From IMG/VR virus record IMGVR_UViG_3300031344_000001: DNA of 64,000 nt. One strand, 5' to 3'. Under the pieces are notes generated by a model that saw only the letters and a program-made list of their open reading frames with translations, did no database searches and was not told the DNA's origin. How positions within the stretch are numbered: position 1 is the stretch's first letter; every line of letters starts with the position of its first letter. The translations under genes and the position numbers were made by a program. The stretch comes from a virus. Its lineage: Duplodnaviria > Heunggongvirae > Uroviricota > Caudoviricetes. This document shows positions 10,285 to 19,935 of the stretch, in pieces.

Positions 10285-10487
10285 GGTACGCTCACAATCT
10301 CGTCGAGGAAGTCGCGCGCGTCGACCTGGGCGACCGCGAAGCTCCCGTCAGGGAGCCTCTTGTGCGACGCCTCGCGGAGCTGCTCCACCGCGTGCGCGGC
10401 CGATCGCGACGCCGCGGCGGAGTCACCTCCACGATCGAACGAGACCGCGTAGCTCGCCGCCCACACGAGCCTCTCCCCGTCCGTCAT
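10281..10487 (-). CDS. Hypothetical protein (MTDGERLVW...)
   Basis: GGAGG RBS; TGATG coupling with upstream gene. Confidence 0.55.
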   Translation of the reverse strand: MTDGERLVWAASYAVSFDRGGDSAAASRSAAHAVEQLREASHKRLPDGSFAVAQVDARDFLDEIVSVP

Positions 10488-10720
10488 CAGCGATACCTCC
10501 GACGACGACCACTCGAGGGCTCCGTCCTCATCTCCAGACGAGCGCGATCTTCGGCACCCTCGCGCGCTTGCCGGGCGTTGTAGTTCTCGATGCAGTCTCC
10601 AAGGTAGACCGTCCTTGCGCATCCCGACGACGCACGGAACTCTTCGGGCGTGAGCGAGCCGCGCCGCTTCCCGTCCGCGCTCTCGATGACGACCAGGAAG
10701 TCCTTGAACACGTCAGCCAC
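10487..10720 (-). CDS. Hypothetical protein (MADVFKDFLVV...)
   Basis: GTG start after GGGAG; C-terminal part of ORF 10487-11776. Confidence 0.55.
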   Translation of the reverse strand: MADVFKDFLVVIESADGKRRGSLTPEEFRASSGCARTVYLGDCIENYNARQAREGAEDRARLEMRTEPSSGRRRRYR

Positions 10721-10731
10721 GCGCGAGCTCC

Positions 10732-11133
10732 CTACTTGAACTTCTCGGCGATGAGCCCGAGACCGCCCCACAGCGCGGAGTGCGCGAAGTTGACGCAGCC
10801 TTCGGAGGCCCGTGCGAGTGCGTCGCCCTGCCCGTAGTCCCACGACCGCGAGCGAAGCAACTCGCGATCGATCTTGCAGCCCGCGTACTCGACCGCGGTG
10901 CCGAGGATGGCGTAAGCAACGCCCCGTGCGAGCGTCGGCCAGCTCGAGAGGTACGGCGCGGCGCTCGTCATCGCGACGCCCCCCACCGCGTAGACCGGCA
11001 GGAACGGGACCCGGTGGCCGCGGAACAACGCCGAGTACCGGTCGTGGTCGCCAAGCGCGTTCTCCGCCACCCACCCCGCGACACCGAACGCCGTCGCCTT
11101 GGCGATAATTTCTCCGACGTTCGACTTGCTCAT
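10732..11133 (-). CDS. Small multi-pass membrane protein resembling the putative ABC-transporter permease (CmpB-like) family
   Basis: Pattern GWVAE...FLPVYAVGG...TAVEY...WDY...GCVN...SALWG. Confidence 0.55.
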   Translation of the reverse strand: MSKSNVGEIIAKATAFGVAGWVAENALGDHDRYSALFRGHRVPFLPVYAVGGVAMTSAAPYLSSWPTLARGVAYAILGTAVEYAGCKIDRELLRSRSWDYGQGDALARASEGCVNFAHSALWGGLGLIAEKFK

Positions 11134-11177
11134 GATCTCGCCTTCCTTCGCGACTTCCGCTCGTCAACCCGCGACCT

Positions 11178-12728
11178 TCACCCCCACGCGCCGCTAGCGG
11201 TAGCGATCCCCCGATGGATCGGGGGTCCCTCGACTGGGGCAACGTACGCGGTGCCGACCTTCTCGTTGAGAGGGTGGGGCCACAGGATGTCGTCCTTGTC
11301 GAAAATCGCCGCGTACGTGAACGACTCCGGCTCGGTCGTCGCCGAGCCGAGCCAGTTGTCCGCTGCGTCGGCGTCGCGGAATCCGCGCGCCTGCCACACT
11401 CCCCGCGCGGTACGGATGACGCCCACGACGCCCGCGTTGTTCGCTCCCGCGATCGACTGCGCGTGGGTGCGCACGTCGTCGATCGCAGCGCCGACGATGT
11501 CGTACCAACCGCCGACCGTGTCCACGAGCTGGTACCACGCGCCCACCGGCGCAGGGGCAGCTGCCGCTGGCGGTGTGTGGTTGATCCTGCGCGCGGCGTG
11601 GAGGACCGCCTTGGCCTCGTGGTCCCCACGGGCGGCTGCCGCCCGAAGGCTGGTGAGCGCCTGCCGCGCCTGCGTGTTGCCCGCCTTGGAGTCCTTGATG
11701 ATCTGCGCGACCTGGTAAGCCGGAGGGTAGCCGGAGACCGTGGCGCAACTGCCGTCGCCGCCACCGCCACCGCCACTCAGCGCACCGCCGAACGCGGACA
11801 GCGCGCTCTGAAGGTCCGCCGGAAGGGCGTCCCCCCCACTGCCGCTTCCAGTCACGGCCGACGTCGCCAGCGGCAAGAACTTCTGCACCGCCGCCGCCAT
11901 CGTGTTCGGTGTCGCGGGGACCGCGGGCACGTGACCCAGCGCCGCCATCGTCACCTGCGAGGCCGCGTGGTGCGCGGCATCGAGCGCGGTCTGCACCGTC
12001 GGGTTCGTCTTCGCGACCTGCTTGGCCTTCGCCACGGTCTTCTGTGCCGCCGCTTGCGTCGCCGGGTGCCCGCCGGGCGCGGCGTCGATCAACGAGCCCG
12101 TGAGCTGCGCGGCGATCGGGCCAGCCGCCGGACCTCCGATGGCCGTCGCCGCCGCCCCTGCGGCGATCGATGCCGGCCCCTTGAGCGACTTCAGGGCTCC
12201 TCCAACGGCGTTCGCCGCGCCGCTGAGCGCGTGCCCAATGTCGCCGAAGAAGCTTCCGACATCGACACGGTGACCGCACCCGTGCCGATCGGCAAGCATC
12301 CCGATCAAAGCGTCACCGGCCACGCCGACCGCCCGGTCAACGGAGGCCACCACGTCCGCGGGTTGCGCGGGGTACAGCCCCCTGGGGTCAGCGTGCGACT
12401 GCGAGAGCTTCGCCAGGATCATCGAGATCGCCGGCGCGAGGTCCATCGACGTGCGATAGCACTTGCCATCCACGCAGATCTCCACGTGCAGGACCTGGCG
12501 CTCGTCGAGCTCTTTCTTGAACGTGATGCCGTTGCTCATGGACGCTCCTGCGTTCTCGGCGCCGATGAAGGCCCCGTCAAACAGTTGTCTCGTCGTCCCG
12601 TCGCCTTCACCGTAGTGGATCCAGCTCGGGACATGTTGGTTGAAGGGATGCTGGTATACGGGACGCGGCAAGACCACGTCGCCGTACTCGTCGATCGCGA
12701 TAACGCGCCAGGGATCAAGGCTATTCAT
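11178..12728 (-). CDS. Modular putative virion protein with C-terminal YAAxFD domain and WYDIVG linkers
   Basis: 516-aa ORF, GGAGG RBS; C-terminal domain closely similar to last domain of 14418-17189. Confidence 0.75.
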   Translation of the reverse strand: MNSLDPWRVIAIDEYGDVVLPRPVYQHPFNQHVPSWIHYGEGDGTTRQLFDGAFIGAENAGASMSNGITFKKELDERQVLHVEICVDGKCYRTSMDLAPAISMILAKLSQSHADPRGLYPAQPADVVASVDRAVGVAGDALIGMLADRHGCGHRVDVGSFFGDIGHALSGAANAVGGALKSLKGPASIAAGAAATAIGGPAAGPIAAQLTGSLIDAAPGGHPATQAAAQKTVAKAKQVAKTNPTVQTALDAAHHAASQVTMAALGHVPAVPATPNTMAAAVQKFLPLATSAVTGSGSGGDALPADLQSALSAFGGALSGGGGGGDGSCATVSGYPPAYQVAQIIKDSKAGNTQARQALTSLRAAAARGDHEAKAVLHAARRINHTPPAAAAPAPVGAWYQLVDTVGGWYDIVGAAIDDVRTHAQSIAGANNAGVVGVIRTARGVWQARGFRDADAADNWLGSATTEPESFTYAAIFDKDDILWPHPLNEKVGTAYVAPVEGPPIHRGIATASGAWG

Positions 12729-12806
12729 GGGCGCTACCTCCCCGCATCATACAGGCGCCCGTCGCCGCGATCCTCTTCTTGGCGCTTCGGCTCCAACGAC
12801 GGGCGT

Positions 12807-13046
12807 TCACGGGCGCATTCCGTACTGACCCCGGACGTTCACGCCCTGCGCGTTCGCCTGGGCGAGCCTGCGCGCTCGATCGCTGTCGGCTCGGCCCCGC
12901 GCGACGAGCGCCTTGGCCAGCGCGTACGTCCCGACCACGAGCACGCCCGCACCGACGAGGTGCCCCGGACCGAACGACTTCGTCGAGAAGAAATCGGTCG
13001 TGAACAGCGGGTGCTTCGGCGATGGGGGACGCACCGACCACTTCAT
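12807..13046 (-). CDS. Small membrane protein ending in RGQYG motif
   Basis: Central TM; ATGA overlap with upstream gene. Confidence 0.65.
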   Translation of the reverse strand: MKWSVRPPSPKHPLFTTDFFSTKSFGPGHLVGAGVLVVGTYALAKALVARGRADSDRARRLAQANAQGVNVRGQYGMRP

Positions 13047-14056
13047 CCGAGAGCCCCCTCCCCCGCCGGTAACTCCAGGCGATCAGGTCCCGAGAGAGCC
13101 GCGCGCGGCGTGCGCCGCCGCTGGACCAGGTCCACGTACTTCTGGGCAGGATCCTGGCCGCTGCGCAGGTTCGAGGCGACGCTCGACAGCGCGACCACAG
13201 CGCCGATCCCGAGCGCCCCCCACAGCCCGTACTTGAGGAGCTTCCAGACGTCCCCGATGCCCTCGCCGGCCTTCTCGGCAGCTTTCTTGCCGAAATCGCG
13301 CGCGTCCTCGGGGAGCGTCGTGGCGGGCTTCGTTGGCGGGGGCGTCATGAAGCTCAGGCCCATGCGCTCGGCGGCACTCCGCAGGCTGACGAGCTTGTCA
13401 TGCCAGCTGACGATCTCGTTGGTCCACGAGGTGACCTTCATCCGGTTCGTGTACGCGACGTAGGCGTCCCCGAAGGTGAGATCACCCCCGAGCATCTCGT
13501 GCTTGAACGCGGTGAACCGATCGAACAGCGGGCTCGCGACGACCGTCCACCACACGTACCAGGCGGGGTGCTGCTTGACGCGCTCACCCGACCCCACGTA
13601 GGGGAGCACGCCGATCTGGCGGCCGATGTCCGCGTAGGCCGCGTCGTAGTCGGCGGCGAGCTGCTTGACCGCGTCCTCGATGTCCCCGACGGAGTGGTAG
13701 AGGAAGTTCCCCAGGTAGACCGCGCGTGCGCGCGGCGACAGGTCCCCGGAGCTAACAACCTGCGCCGCATCGAAGTCAGACCGCGCCAGCGGGTTGTCCT
13801 GCTGCTCGCGCGTCACCGTAACCTGGCCGTGCGGCGGCGGCGCCGCGCGTGCGGCCACCTCTTGGGCGACCTGGTAGCGGATCGACAGCCAGCGGTGCAT
13901 GAGCATCCGGTCGAACTCGTTGCTCGGGTCGAGTCGACGTGTCGAATCGCCGCCGATCTCGTCGAAGAAGCGACGATCGGTCTCGCGATCGATCGCGACC
14001 TCCAGCGGGTGCCGCGCGCCGACCACGGCACGCCCATAATGCCCGCGTGCGTTCAC
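13043..14056 (-). CDS. Modular membrane protein (RGHYG start, ETDRRF domain, domain shared with 8316-9104, C-terminal TM)
   Basis: Internal similarity to two other genes in the window; coupled start/stop. Confidence 0.75.
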   Translation of the reverse strand: MNARGHYGRAVVGARHPLEVAIDRETDRRFFDEIGGDSTRRLDPSNEFDRMLMHRWLSIRYQVAQEVAARAAPPPHGQVTVTREQQDNPLARSDFDAAQVVSSGDLSPRARAVYLGNFLYHSVGDIEDAVKQLAADYDAAYADIGRQIGVLPYVGSGERVKQHPAWYVWWTVVASPLFDRFTAFKHEMLGGDLTFGDAYVAYTNRMKVTSWTNEIVSWHDKLVSLRSAAERMGLSFMTPPPTKPATTLPEDARDFGKKAAEKAGEGIGDVWKLLKYGLWGALGIGAVVALSSVASNLRSGQDPAQKYVDLVQRRRTPRAALSGPDRLELPAGEGALG

Positions 14057-14409
14057 CGCGTCCGCTCCGGGATCGTGGTGTTCGTCGGCGTCTTGCCCTC
14101 AGGCAACAGCTTCGCCGCCTTCCAGCCGAGCATCATCGCGATCGTGTCGCCCGTGATGTTCTGCCACGTGTCCTGCGTCGAGTTCGGCCAGATCTCGGGC
14201 CACGCATCCTTGAACTGCCTCTCGATCACGAGATCCCAGAAGAGACCGCTCGCGAGCATGCCCCACCACGGCAGCCGCGCGAGACCGCCGAGCACGCCGA
14301 ACGCGGCGTGCCCCGCCGTGAAACGGTCCACGAAGCCATAATTGTCCTCGCCGGGCAGCGCCGTGCGCTGCTGACCGACGAGGGGCGTGCTGTAGCTGCC
14401 GCGATTCAT
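14053..14409 (-). CDS. Small hydrophobic membrane protein
   Basis: AAGGAG RBS; DRFTAGH...WD..IE...N..GD pattern with hydrophobic helices. Confidence 0.65.
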   Translation of the reverse strand: MNRGSYSTPLVGQQRTALPGEDNYGFVDRFTAGHAAFGVLGGLARLPWWGMLASGLFWDLVIERQFKDAWPEIWPNSTQDTWQNITGDTIAMMLGWKAAKLLPEGKTPTNTTIPERTR

Positions 14410-14417
14410 GGATCTCC

Positions 14418-17189
14418 TTACGCTGCCCAGCCGAACCGACGCGGACGCGGACGATCACCGCTCGTCGTCGTGGAGCGCCGAGGGAGTTCCGCCCCCGGGG
14501 CCCCGCGCATGCCGCTGATCTTCTCGATGTAGGCGTGCGGCCAGGAGTCCCCACCCTTGTCGAAGTACGCCGCGTACGTGTACGCGGCCGGGTCCTGCGT
14601 CGCCGTGTTGAGCCAGTCGTCCGCGTCGTCGGCGCTGCGGAACGCGAGCGAGTGCCACAGGCCATCTCTTGACGTGTGGATGACGCCCACGACGTTTCCC
14701 GCACGACGGGCCGCGAGGGACTCCGCCTTTCCACGTACGTCCCCGAGCGCCGAGCCGATCGACGTCCCCGCACCCCACGCACCGATCATCTTGCTCATCT
14801 TGGGGTCACCGAAAAGTTCGCTGATCGGCGCGGGCCACGTCGGATCCGTTGCATCGTAAATCGCGCGATAGATCACGACGCCCGGCGCGGCTGTCAGCCA
14901 ATCGGACGCAGCGTCGAGGGTGGGGAACCCGCGGTAATCGTCATTCCCGATCCCCGGGCCCTGCGCGGCCGGGCCAAAGAGCTCGACGCCGAGGTACCGG
15001 GCACCGGTCCGTCCGTGGGCGTGTTGCGCAACGCGCGCGCCACGCCCACGAAGCACGGGCCGCGGCTGATTCCAGACGTCCCGAGCCGGATCGTCCGAGC
15101 CCACGTAGTGACCGGCCGCCCGCGTCTCCGCGACGCGCTGAGCGATGACGGGCGCGTAGGCCGGGTCGTCGCTCTTGGTCCAGTTCACCGGGTTCGGCCA
15201 GTGCGGGCTCGCCGTGTCGAACAGCGCCAACGCCACGTGCGGCGTTTGGATCCGGCTCCTCATGTAGTCGAGCGCCTGGTCGGGCGACGAGAACGGCGTG
15301 ACGACCGTCGTGCCACCCGTCAGCTGCACACCGGGCGTGAACGCCTCTCCCGACGGGTCAAGGCTCCAGACCCACGCGGCCGCCGGGTACGACGCCTGGT
15401 AGCCGGCGACCTCGCGCTTGGCCGCCTCGATGAGGGCGCGGGTCTCGGGCCACCGACGCTTGCGCTCGACGTCCGACTCGACGTGGACGCGGGGGCGCTC
15501 GTACCGCTCGTACCGTGAGGAACCGTACGAAGCGCCCACCGCGTCAGCGAAGCGCGCGTGCGAAGGCGACGCCCTCGACGCCAGCCAAGGGTCGTCGTAG
15601 GGGCTGGCGATGTCGAGCCACGGGCCCCCAACGCCGACGTTCATGCCGTGCGTGAGTGACATGGCCTCGCTACGAGCGAGCGCCATGATCTCGGCGCGGG
15701 TCTGCTCCAGGGGCAAGCCGTAGGTTTCGGCCAGTACCTGCGCGAGCGCGTCAAGCTCCTCGTTGATCACGCCTGCCTCGGCATCCAGATCCGCACCCAC
15801 GCGCGACTCGATGTCGAGCCACGGGCCACCGACGTACGGCGAGCCGACCTGCTCGATGTCGAGCCACGGGCCACCGACGTACGGCGAGCCGACCTGCTCG
15901 ATGTCGAGCCACGGGCCGCCGATGTAGTCACCGGACGCCTTCGGCGGCGGGATGATCGGCGCCGGCAGCTTGCCGGGCGTGATGCCCGGGAGCGCGTGCC
16001 CCGGGTTCTCCTCCTGCCAGCGGCGCAGGTAGTAACCCGCGAGGCCGCCGAACGGCAGTCCCAGCAGGAACGGCAGGACGCTCCCCACCGCGGCGTCGCC
16101 ACTCACGACCGTGTGCCCGAAGCTCTCGAGGCCGGCCACCGGGCGCGACACGTCCGTGGACGCGAACACCGCCGCGTAGTCGTACGGCTGCGCCTGACCG
16201 TGGACGAGGGCCGCGAACCAGCCCTGCCCGTCCTCGAGCGTGTGGAACAGGTAGACGTGCTGCTGCACGCCCGCGCGGAGGTAGCCGTAGATCGGAGACG
16301 GGGACTGTCGCTGGGCAGACGCCACCGCGCGCGCTGCGACCTCGGGATAACTGCCACCACTGCCGTCGGTGTACTCGCTCATCTGTCGTGCTCCTTCGTC
16401 GCCGGCCACCGTCGCGGCGGCCGTTTCAAGGTCAGGTGTCGGGATGCCGCGCTGCGCGGCGAACGCGCGCAGACTGCTGAGTCCCTGCGACGCCGCGTGG
16501 ACGAAGGGCAGGCCCCCCGCATCCCGAGCGCGAGAGAGTTGGTAGCCCGTATACCACGGGTCCCAGTACCGACGCAGGAACTCGCGCATCACGCTCGACT
16601 GCGGGTTGCTCTGCGCGACCGCAGCCCAGTAGGTCTCGTGAGCCGCGACGAGCTGGTCGAGGTGCTGGAGTTGTTCACGTGGCGAAGGGTGCGCAGGGAT
16701 GAAGACGCGCCCAGGTCCGAACGTCGGATCAAACACGGGGGGCGCCTCGCCCACGAGTGCGTCCGGATCACTCACCGCCGAGGCGACCGGCCTGCTCTGA
16801 TTCCACTCCGGCGCCGTCTTGTCGAACGCTGCGAGGTACTGGTAGCGGTCCCTCTTCCCGACGAGGCTGCCGTACCAGTCGTCGAGTGCCTGGCGCGTGC
16901 GCATCGCGTAGACGACCCAGCGCGAGCTCAGGTCGTAGATGTGCCCCTGTGGGTGCCTCATGTACGCGGTGGCAACGTACGGCGCATCGGTGGTGAGCGC
17001 GTAGTCGGCCGCCTGGTTCGCCCATCCCCCGGCCTTCGACCCGACAATCGCGAGCGACGGGCCGCCGTGCTCCGCACGGTGCTCCTCCACCTCGGCGCGA
17101 AGCTGGCCGAGCGGCGTGTGGAAGATCCGCGCGAGCGCAAACGCGATCGCGTCGATGTCCGTGAGGGGCATGTCACCAGAGAAGCTCAT
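14418..17189 (-). CDS. Large modular polyprotein-like protein (five YAAxFD-type domains, one TM, GPWLDI repeats)
   Basis: 923 aa from MSFSG (ATGA overlap at 17186-17189); repeated domains visible. Confidence 0.75.
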   Translation of the reverse strand: MSFSGDMPLTDIDAIAFALARIFHTPLGQLRAEVEEHRAEHGGPSLAIVGSKAGGWANQAADYALTTDAPYVATAYMRHPQGHIYDLSSRWVVYAMRTRQALDDWYGSLVGKRDRYQYLAAFDKTAPEWNQSRPVASAVSDPDALVGEAPPVFDPTFGPGRVFIPAHPSPREQLQHLDQLVAAHETYWAAVAQSNPQSSVMREFLRRYWDPWYTGYQLSRARDAGGLPFVHAASQGLSSLRAFAAQRGIPTPDLETAAATVAGDEGARQMSEYTDGSGGSYPEVAARAVASAQRQSPSPIYGYLRAGVQQHVYLFHTLEDGQGWFAALVHGQAQPYDYAAVFASTDVSRPVAGLESFGHTVVSGDAAVGSVLPFLLGLPFGGLAGYYLRRWQEENPGHALPGITPGKLPAPIIPPPKASGDYIGGPWLDIEQVGSPYVGGPWLDIEQVGSPYVGGPWLDIESRVGADLDAEAGVINEELDALAQVLAETYGLPLEQTRAEIMALARSEAMSLTHGMNVGVGGPWLDIASPYDDPWLASRASPSHARFADAVGASYGSSRYERYERPRVHVESDVERKRRWPETRALIEAAKREVAGYQASYPAAAWVWSLDPSGEAFTPGVQLTGGTTVVTPFSSPDQALDYMRSRIQTPHVALALFDTASPHWPNPVNWTKSDDPAYAPVIAQRVAETRAAGHYVGSDDPARDVWNQPRPVLRGRGARVAQHAHGRTGARYLGVELFGPAAQGPGIGNDDYRGFPTLDAASDWLTAAPGVVIYRAIYDATDPTWPAPISELFGDPKMSKMIGAWGAGTSIGSALGDVRGKAESLAARRAGNVVGVIHTSRDGLWHSLAFRSADDADDWLNTATQDPAAYTYAAYFDKGGDSWPHAYIEKISGMRGAPGAELPRRSTTTSGDRPRPRRFGWAA
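15807..15926. repeat. 45-bp tandem repeat encoding (GGPWLDIEQVGSPYV)n
   Basis: About 2.7 near-perfect units. Confidence 0.85.
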
Positions 17190-17599
17190 CGCAGGATCCC
17201 GCGCGGGTAAACCGCGGAGTCCCCCGATGGTAGATCCGGTTGAAGAACCCCGCGAATTTCTTGCTGACGCCCCGCGATCGCGGCGGGCGCGCCCCTGGGG
17301 GACGCTTGGCTCGGGTCCCTGAACACGTGCTGAAAACCGTCCTTCCACCACTGCACCGTGCCGCACTGCTTGCACGTGTGGGAAACAGGATCACCGAGGT
17401 TGAACGCGCCGAGGTGACGCCAGCGGTGACTGCACGCCTCGCACGTGTGCGTGTGCCCGTCGAGCATGTAGTAGCCGAACACGCCGGCACCCACGGCGAT
17501 CGCGAGTACGCCGAGCACACCGAGCGACTTGGCGGGCTGGTGGAAGCTCCTCCACGGAGAGGTCTCCCACGGAGGCCGTCCCGTGGGGCTACTCGCCAT
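17186..17599 (-). CDS. Membrane-anchored Zn-ribbon protein
   Basis: TM followed by CEAC...CKQC; GAGGGAG upstream. Confidence 0.6.
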   Translation of the reverse strand: MASSPTGRPPWETSPWRSFHQPAKSLGVLGVLAIAVGAGVFGYYMLDGHTHTCEACSHRWRHLGAFNLGDPVSHTCKQCGTVQWWKDGFQHVFRDPSQASPRGAPAAIAGRQQEIRGVLQPDLPSGDSAVYPRGILR

Positions 17600-17861
17600 G
17601 CCCACGCTCCCTCTCGTGGTGATGGTGGTGCCTGTGCTTCCGCGATCCGTACTCGCCGCGTTCGTTCTCGCCTTGGCCGTCGGGATCTTGACTCGCGTGC
17701 CGCCGGTGGTGCTCCCCGTGAGCCTCGCGCGGGAGGTGCAGCGCAGCAGCGTGCGCGTGGTCCTTGCGCCCGCCGAAGATCGCTGAGCCCACGACAGCCG
17801 CGAGCGCACCGACGCCTCCGCCGATGAGCAAGTGCTTCTTCTGGTCGGGGGTCAACGGCAT
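17589..17861 (-). CDS. Small membrane protein with His-rich tail and RGEYG motif
   Basis: TM helix; AGGAG upstream. Confidence 0.65.
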   Translation of the reverse strand: MPLTPDQKKHLLIGGGVGALAAVVGSAIFGGRKDHAHAAALHLPREAHGEHHRRHASQDPDGQGENERGEYGSRKHRHHHHHERERGHGE

Positions 17862-17866
17862 CCTAG

Positions 17867-18208
17867 TCAGCTCCTGCCGAGACGCTTCACGCTGTGCGCG
17901 GGCGCGTCAGCTGAAGGCAGGGGCGGCGCGGGGCGCACGAACCCGTGGTACGCCGCGCGCGCGCGGGTCGGCAGCTCCTTCGCGCTCTCGCTAAGGCTTC
18001 CCGCAAAGGTCTGGTAGGGCGTACCACTCGTCTTGTAGAGCTGCTCGATCTGCCGCGACTGGTGCCGCGCCCACAGGAGGCCGCCACCGATGGCAACCGC
18101 GCCGAGGAGCCACGTACCAATCGACGCGCCTCCGTGCTCGACGTAGATCGTCGGCAGGGACCCCACGCGCGGAGAGCGGCTGCCGTAGTGCCCGCGATCA
18201 TTCGCCAT
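17867..18208 (-). CDS. Small membrane protein starting MANDRGHYG
   Basis: GGAG RBS inside 22-bp repeat; TM helix. Confidence 0.65.
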   Translation of the reverse strand: MANDRGHYGSRSPRVGSLPTIYVEHGGASIGTWLLGAVAIGGGLLWARHQSRQIEQLYKTSGTPYQTFAGSLSESAKELPTRARAAYHGFVRPAPPLPSADAPAHSVKRLGRS

Positions 18209-18419
18209 CAGAAGACTCCATTCGGGCCGGGCCCTTGTGCGGGTGACGCTCTGCCTTGCCTCCATAGCGTGCGTAGTGCTTAGCGACGTCGAGCGTCATT
18301 CCAACGTAGCGCTTCGGCTCCGTACCCTGAGCCCCAACGACTACGCCGTCCCTAACGGTGAGCCAAATCAGCCCCCCGCTGTAACGATCTTTCAGCGAAA
18401 TCTGCTGAGGCTTCGCCAT
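18198..18419 (-). CDS. Small lower-GC hypothetical gene inserted between 22-bp direct repeats
   Basis: 73-aa ORF whose start lies in one repeat copy and whose end runs through the other. Confidence 0.6.
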   Translation of the reverse strand: MAKPQQISLKDRYSGGLIWLTVRDGVVVGAQGTEPKRYVGMTLDVAKHYARYGGKAERHPHKGPARMESSDGE

Positions 18420-18433
18420 CAGAAGACTCCATT
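18201..18433. repeat. 22-bp direct repeat TTCGCCATCAGAAGACTCCATT at 18201-18222 and 18412-18433
   Basis: Exact match of both copies. Confidence 0.9.
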
Positions 18434-19933
18434 GGTATTCAAGAACGTCCGTGACGTGTGCGGGTACCGCTTGCGATCACTCGGCCGCTCGAGCCACCCC
18501 GTCGCGCCGTCGAGCCCGGCGCACTGGACTACGCCGAGCAGCCCCGACAGCGTGATGCTCGCCGTACCCTCGATCTCCGGGACGACGATCGATCGGTTCA
18601 GGTGCGCGGCGATCACGCCGCCCTCCACCGCGTGCTGGTACGCGTCGGCCAGGTCGGCGTCCAGTGCCGCACGCTGCGCGGAGGCCGAACCGAGGATCGC
18701 CCGTGGGTCGATGCCGAGCTCGGCGAGGCGCTCGCGACGCTGCCGATACTGCCCGACGTGGCGGGACGAAGCGAACTGCGGAGACTCACGCGCGAGCAGC
18801 ACGACGAACGCGCGCCAGGCTCCGTCCGGCACGCCAGCGAGCGGAGATCCCAGTGCGAGCGCTCGTGTCTGGTCGGCGGCCTCGTGGAGTGCCGCGGCCT
18901 CCTGCATCTGGGCGACAGCCTCGGGGGGGAGCCCCGTCGGTTGAGTGCTCGGCAAGGTGTCGATGACGACAGCACGCACCGGCCAGTTGCTGACCTGCGG
19001 AGGCAGCTGCGGGATCGGGTAGCCGCTGTGCCAGCGCACCTCGAAGACCTCCGCTCCTGTGGACGGATCGACGAGCACAACCCCGGCACCCGCGAAACCC
19101 GGCGACTGGCTGAGCTGAGCGGTCACCTGATCGAGCGTGACCGAAGGGTCCGCGACCGCGGGTGCCGCCGCACTCACGGGCGGTGCCGCCGGTGCCGCGG
19201 GTGCCGCGGGTGCCGCGGGTGCCGCGGGTGCCGCAGGTGCCGCAGGTGCCGCGGGCGCCGCGGGCGCCGCGGGCGCCGCGGCCGACGCCACAGGCACCAC
19301 GTCGATCACGGGGGGACGCCCCGACGCCACCACCCTGAGGAAGGCGGCCGGATCGTCGTGCAGCATCGCGAGGATCTCGTCGTGCGTTGCGTAACGGGCT
19401 TCCACCTGCGGAGGAGCCACGTCAGCGACTGCCACCGGTGGCGCGCACGACCCCCGCTGGTAGTCGGCCCACGGATCGCGGGGCGGCGCGCACGATCCCC
19501 GCTGGTAGTCGGCCCGCGGATCGCGCGGCAACACGCACGATCCCCGCTGGTAGTCGGCCCGCGGATCACGCGGCGTCACGCACGACCCCCGCGCGTAACC
19601 CGGAGCGGGCGGTGGCATCGCGCCCGATCGACGCGCGTGCGCGTGAACGACTGGCACGACGAACGCCTGCACGATGTCCTCCACGAGGTCACGGCGCCCC
19701 AGCGCCTCGGCCTCGACGATCGCGTAGAGGATCACGGGCGGCGGCGGAGTCTGGCCGAGACGAAGGATCTCCCCGAGTACCGAGATCGGTCCCGGCAACC
19801 CTGCCGTGATCGCCGGCGTTGGAGCCTGCGGAGGCGGCGCCGCGAGCTGGCGCGAAGGAGGCACGGTGTCGCGCGAAGAGCGACTGGCCGCGAAGGCAAT
19901 CGCGCCCAGTACGAGGAGTGGGAGGAACCACAC
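18419..19933 (-). CDS. Membrane-anchored protein with repeats and C-terminal lysozyme/transglycosylase-like domain
   Basis: N-terminal TM (MWFLPLLVLG after GGGGAGG), (DYQRGSCxxPRDP) repeats, (APA)n, C-terminal LARES...VGQY...LAELG...ITLSGLL....AG..G. Confidence 0.6.
   Translation of the reverse strand: MWFLPLLVLGAIAFAASRSSRDTVPPSRQLAAPPPQAPTPAITAGLPGPISVLGEILRLGQTPPPPVILYAIVEAEALGRRDLVEDIVQAFVVPVVHAHARRSGAMPPPAPGYARGSCVTPRDPRADYQRGSCVLPRDPRADYQRGSCAPPRDPWADYQRGSCAPPVAVADVAPPQVEARYATHDEILAMLHDDPAAFLRVVASGRPPVIDVVPVASAAAPAAPAAPAAPAAPAAPAAPAAPAAPAAPAAPPVSAAAPAVADPSVTLDQVTAQLSQSPGFAGAGVVLVDPSTGAEVFEVRWHSGYPIPQLPPQVSNWPVRAVVIDTLPSTQPTGLPPEAVAQMQEAAALHEAADQTRALALGSPLAGVPDGAWRAFVVLLARESPQFASSRHVGQYRQRRERLAELGIDPRAILGSASAQRAALDADLADAYQHAVEGGVIAAHLNRSIVVPEIEGTASITLSGLLGVVQCAGLDGATGWLERPSDRKRYPHTSRTFLNTNGVF
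19182..19281. repeat. 9-bp tandem repeat encoding (APA)n linker
   Basis: About 11 units of GGTGCCGCG/GGCGCCGCG. Confidence 0.85.
19444..19597. repeat. 45-bp tandem repeat encoding RGSCxxPRDPRADYQ
   Basis: About 3.5 diverged units. Confidence 0.8.
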
Positions 19934-19935
19934 GA

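Noticed and set aside
15807-19597. 45-bp and 9-bp tandem repeats as CRISPR arrays
   Set aside because: In-frame coding repeats without unique spacers; no cas genes
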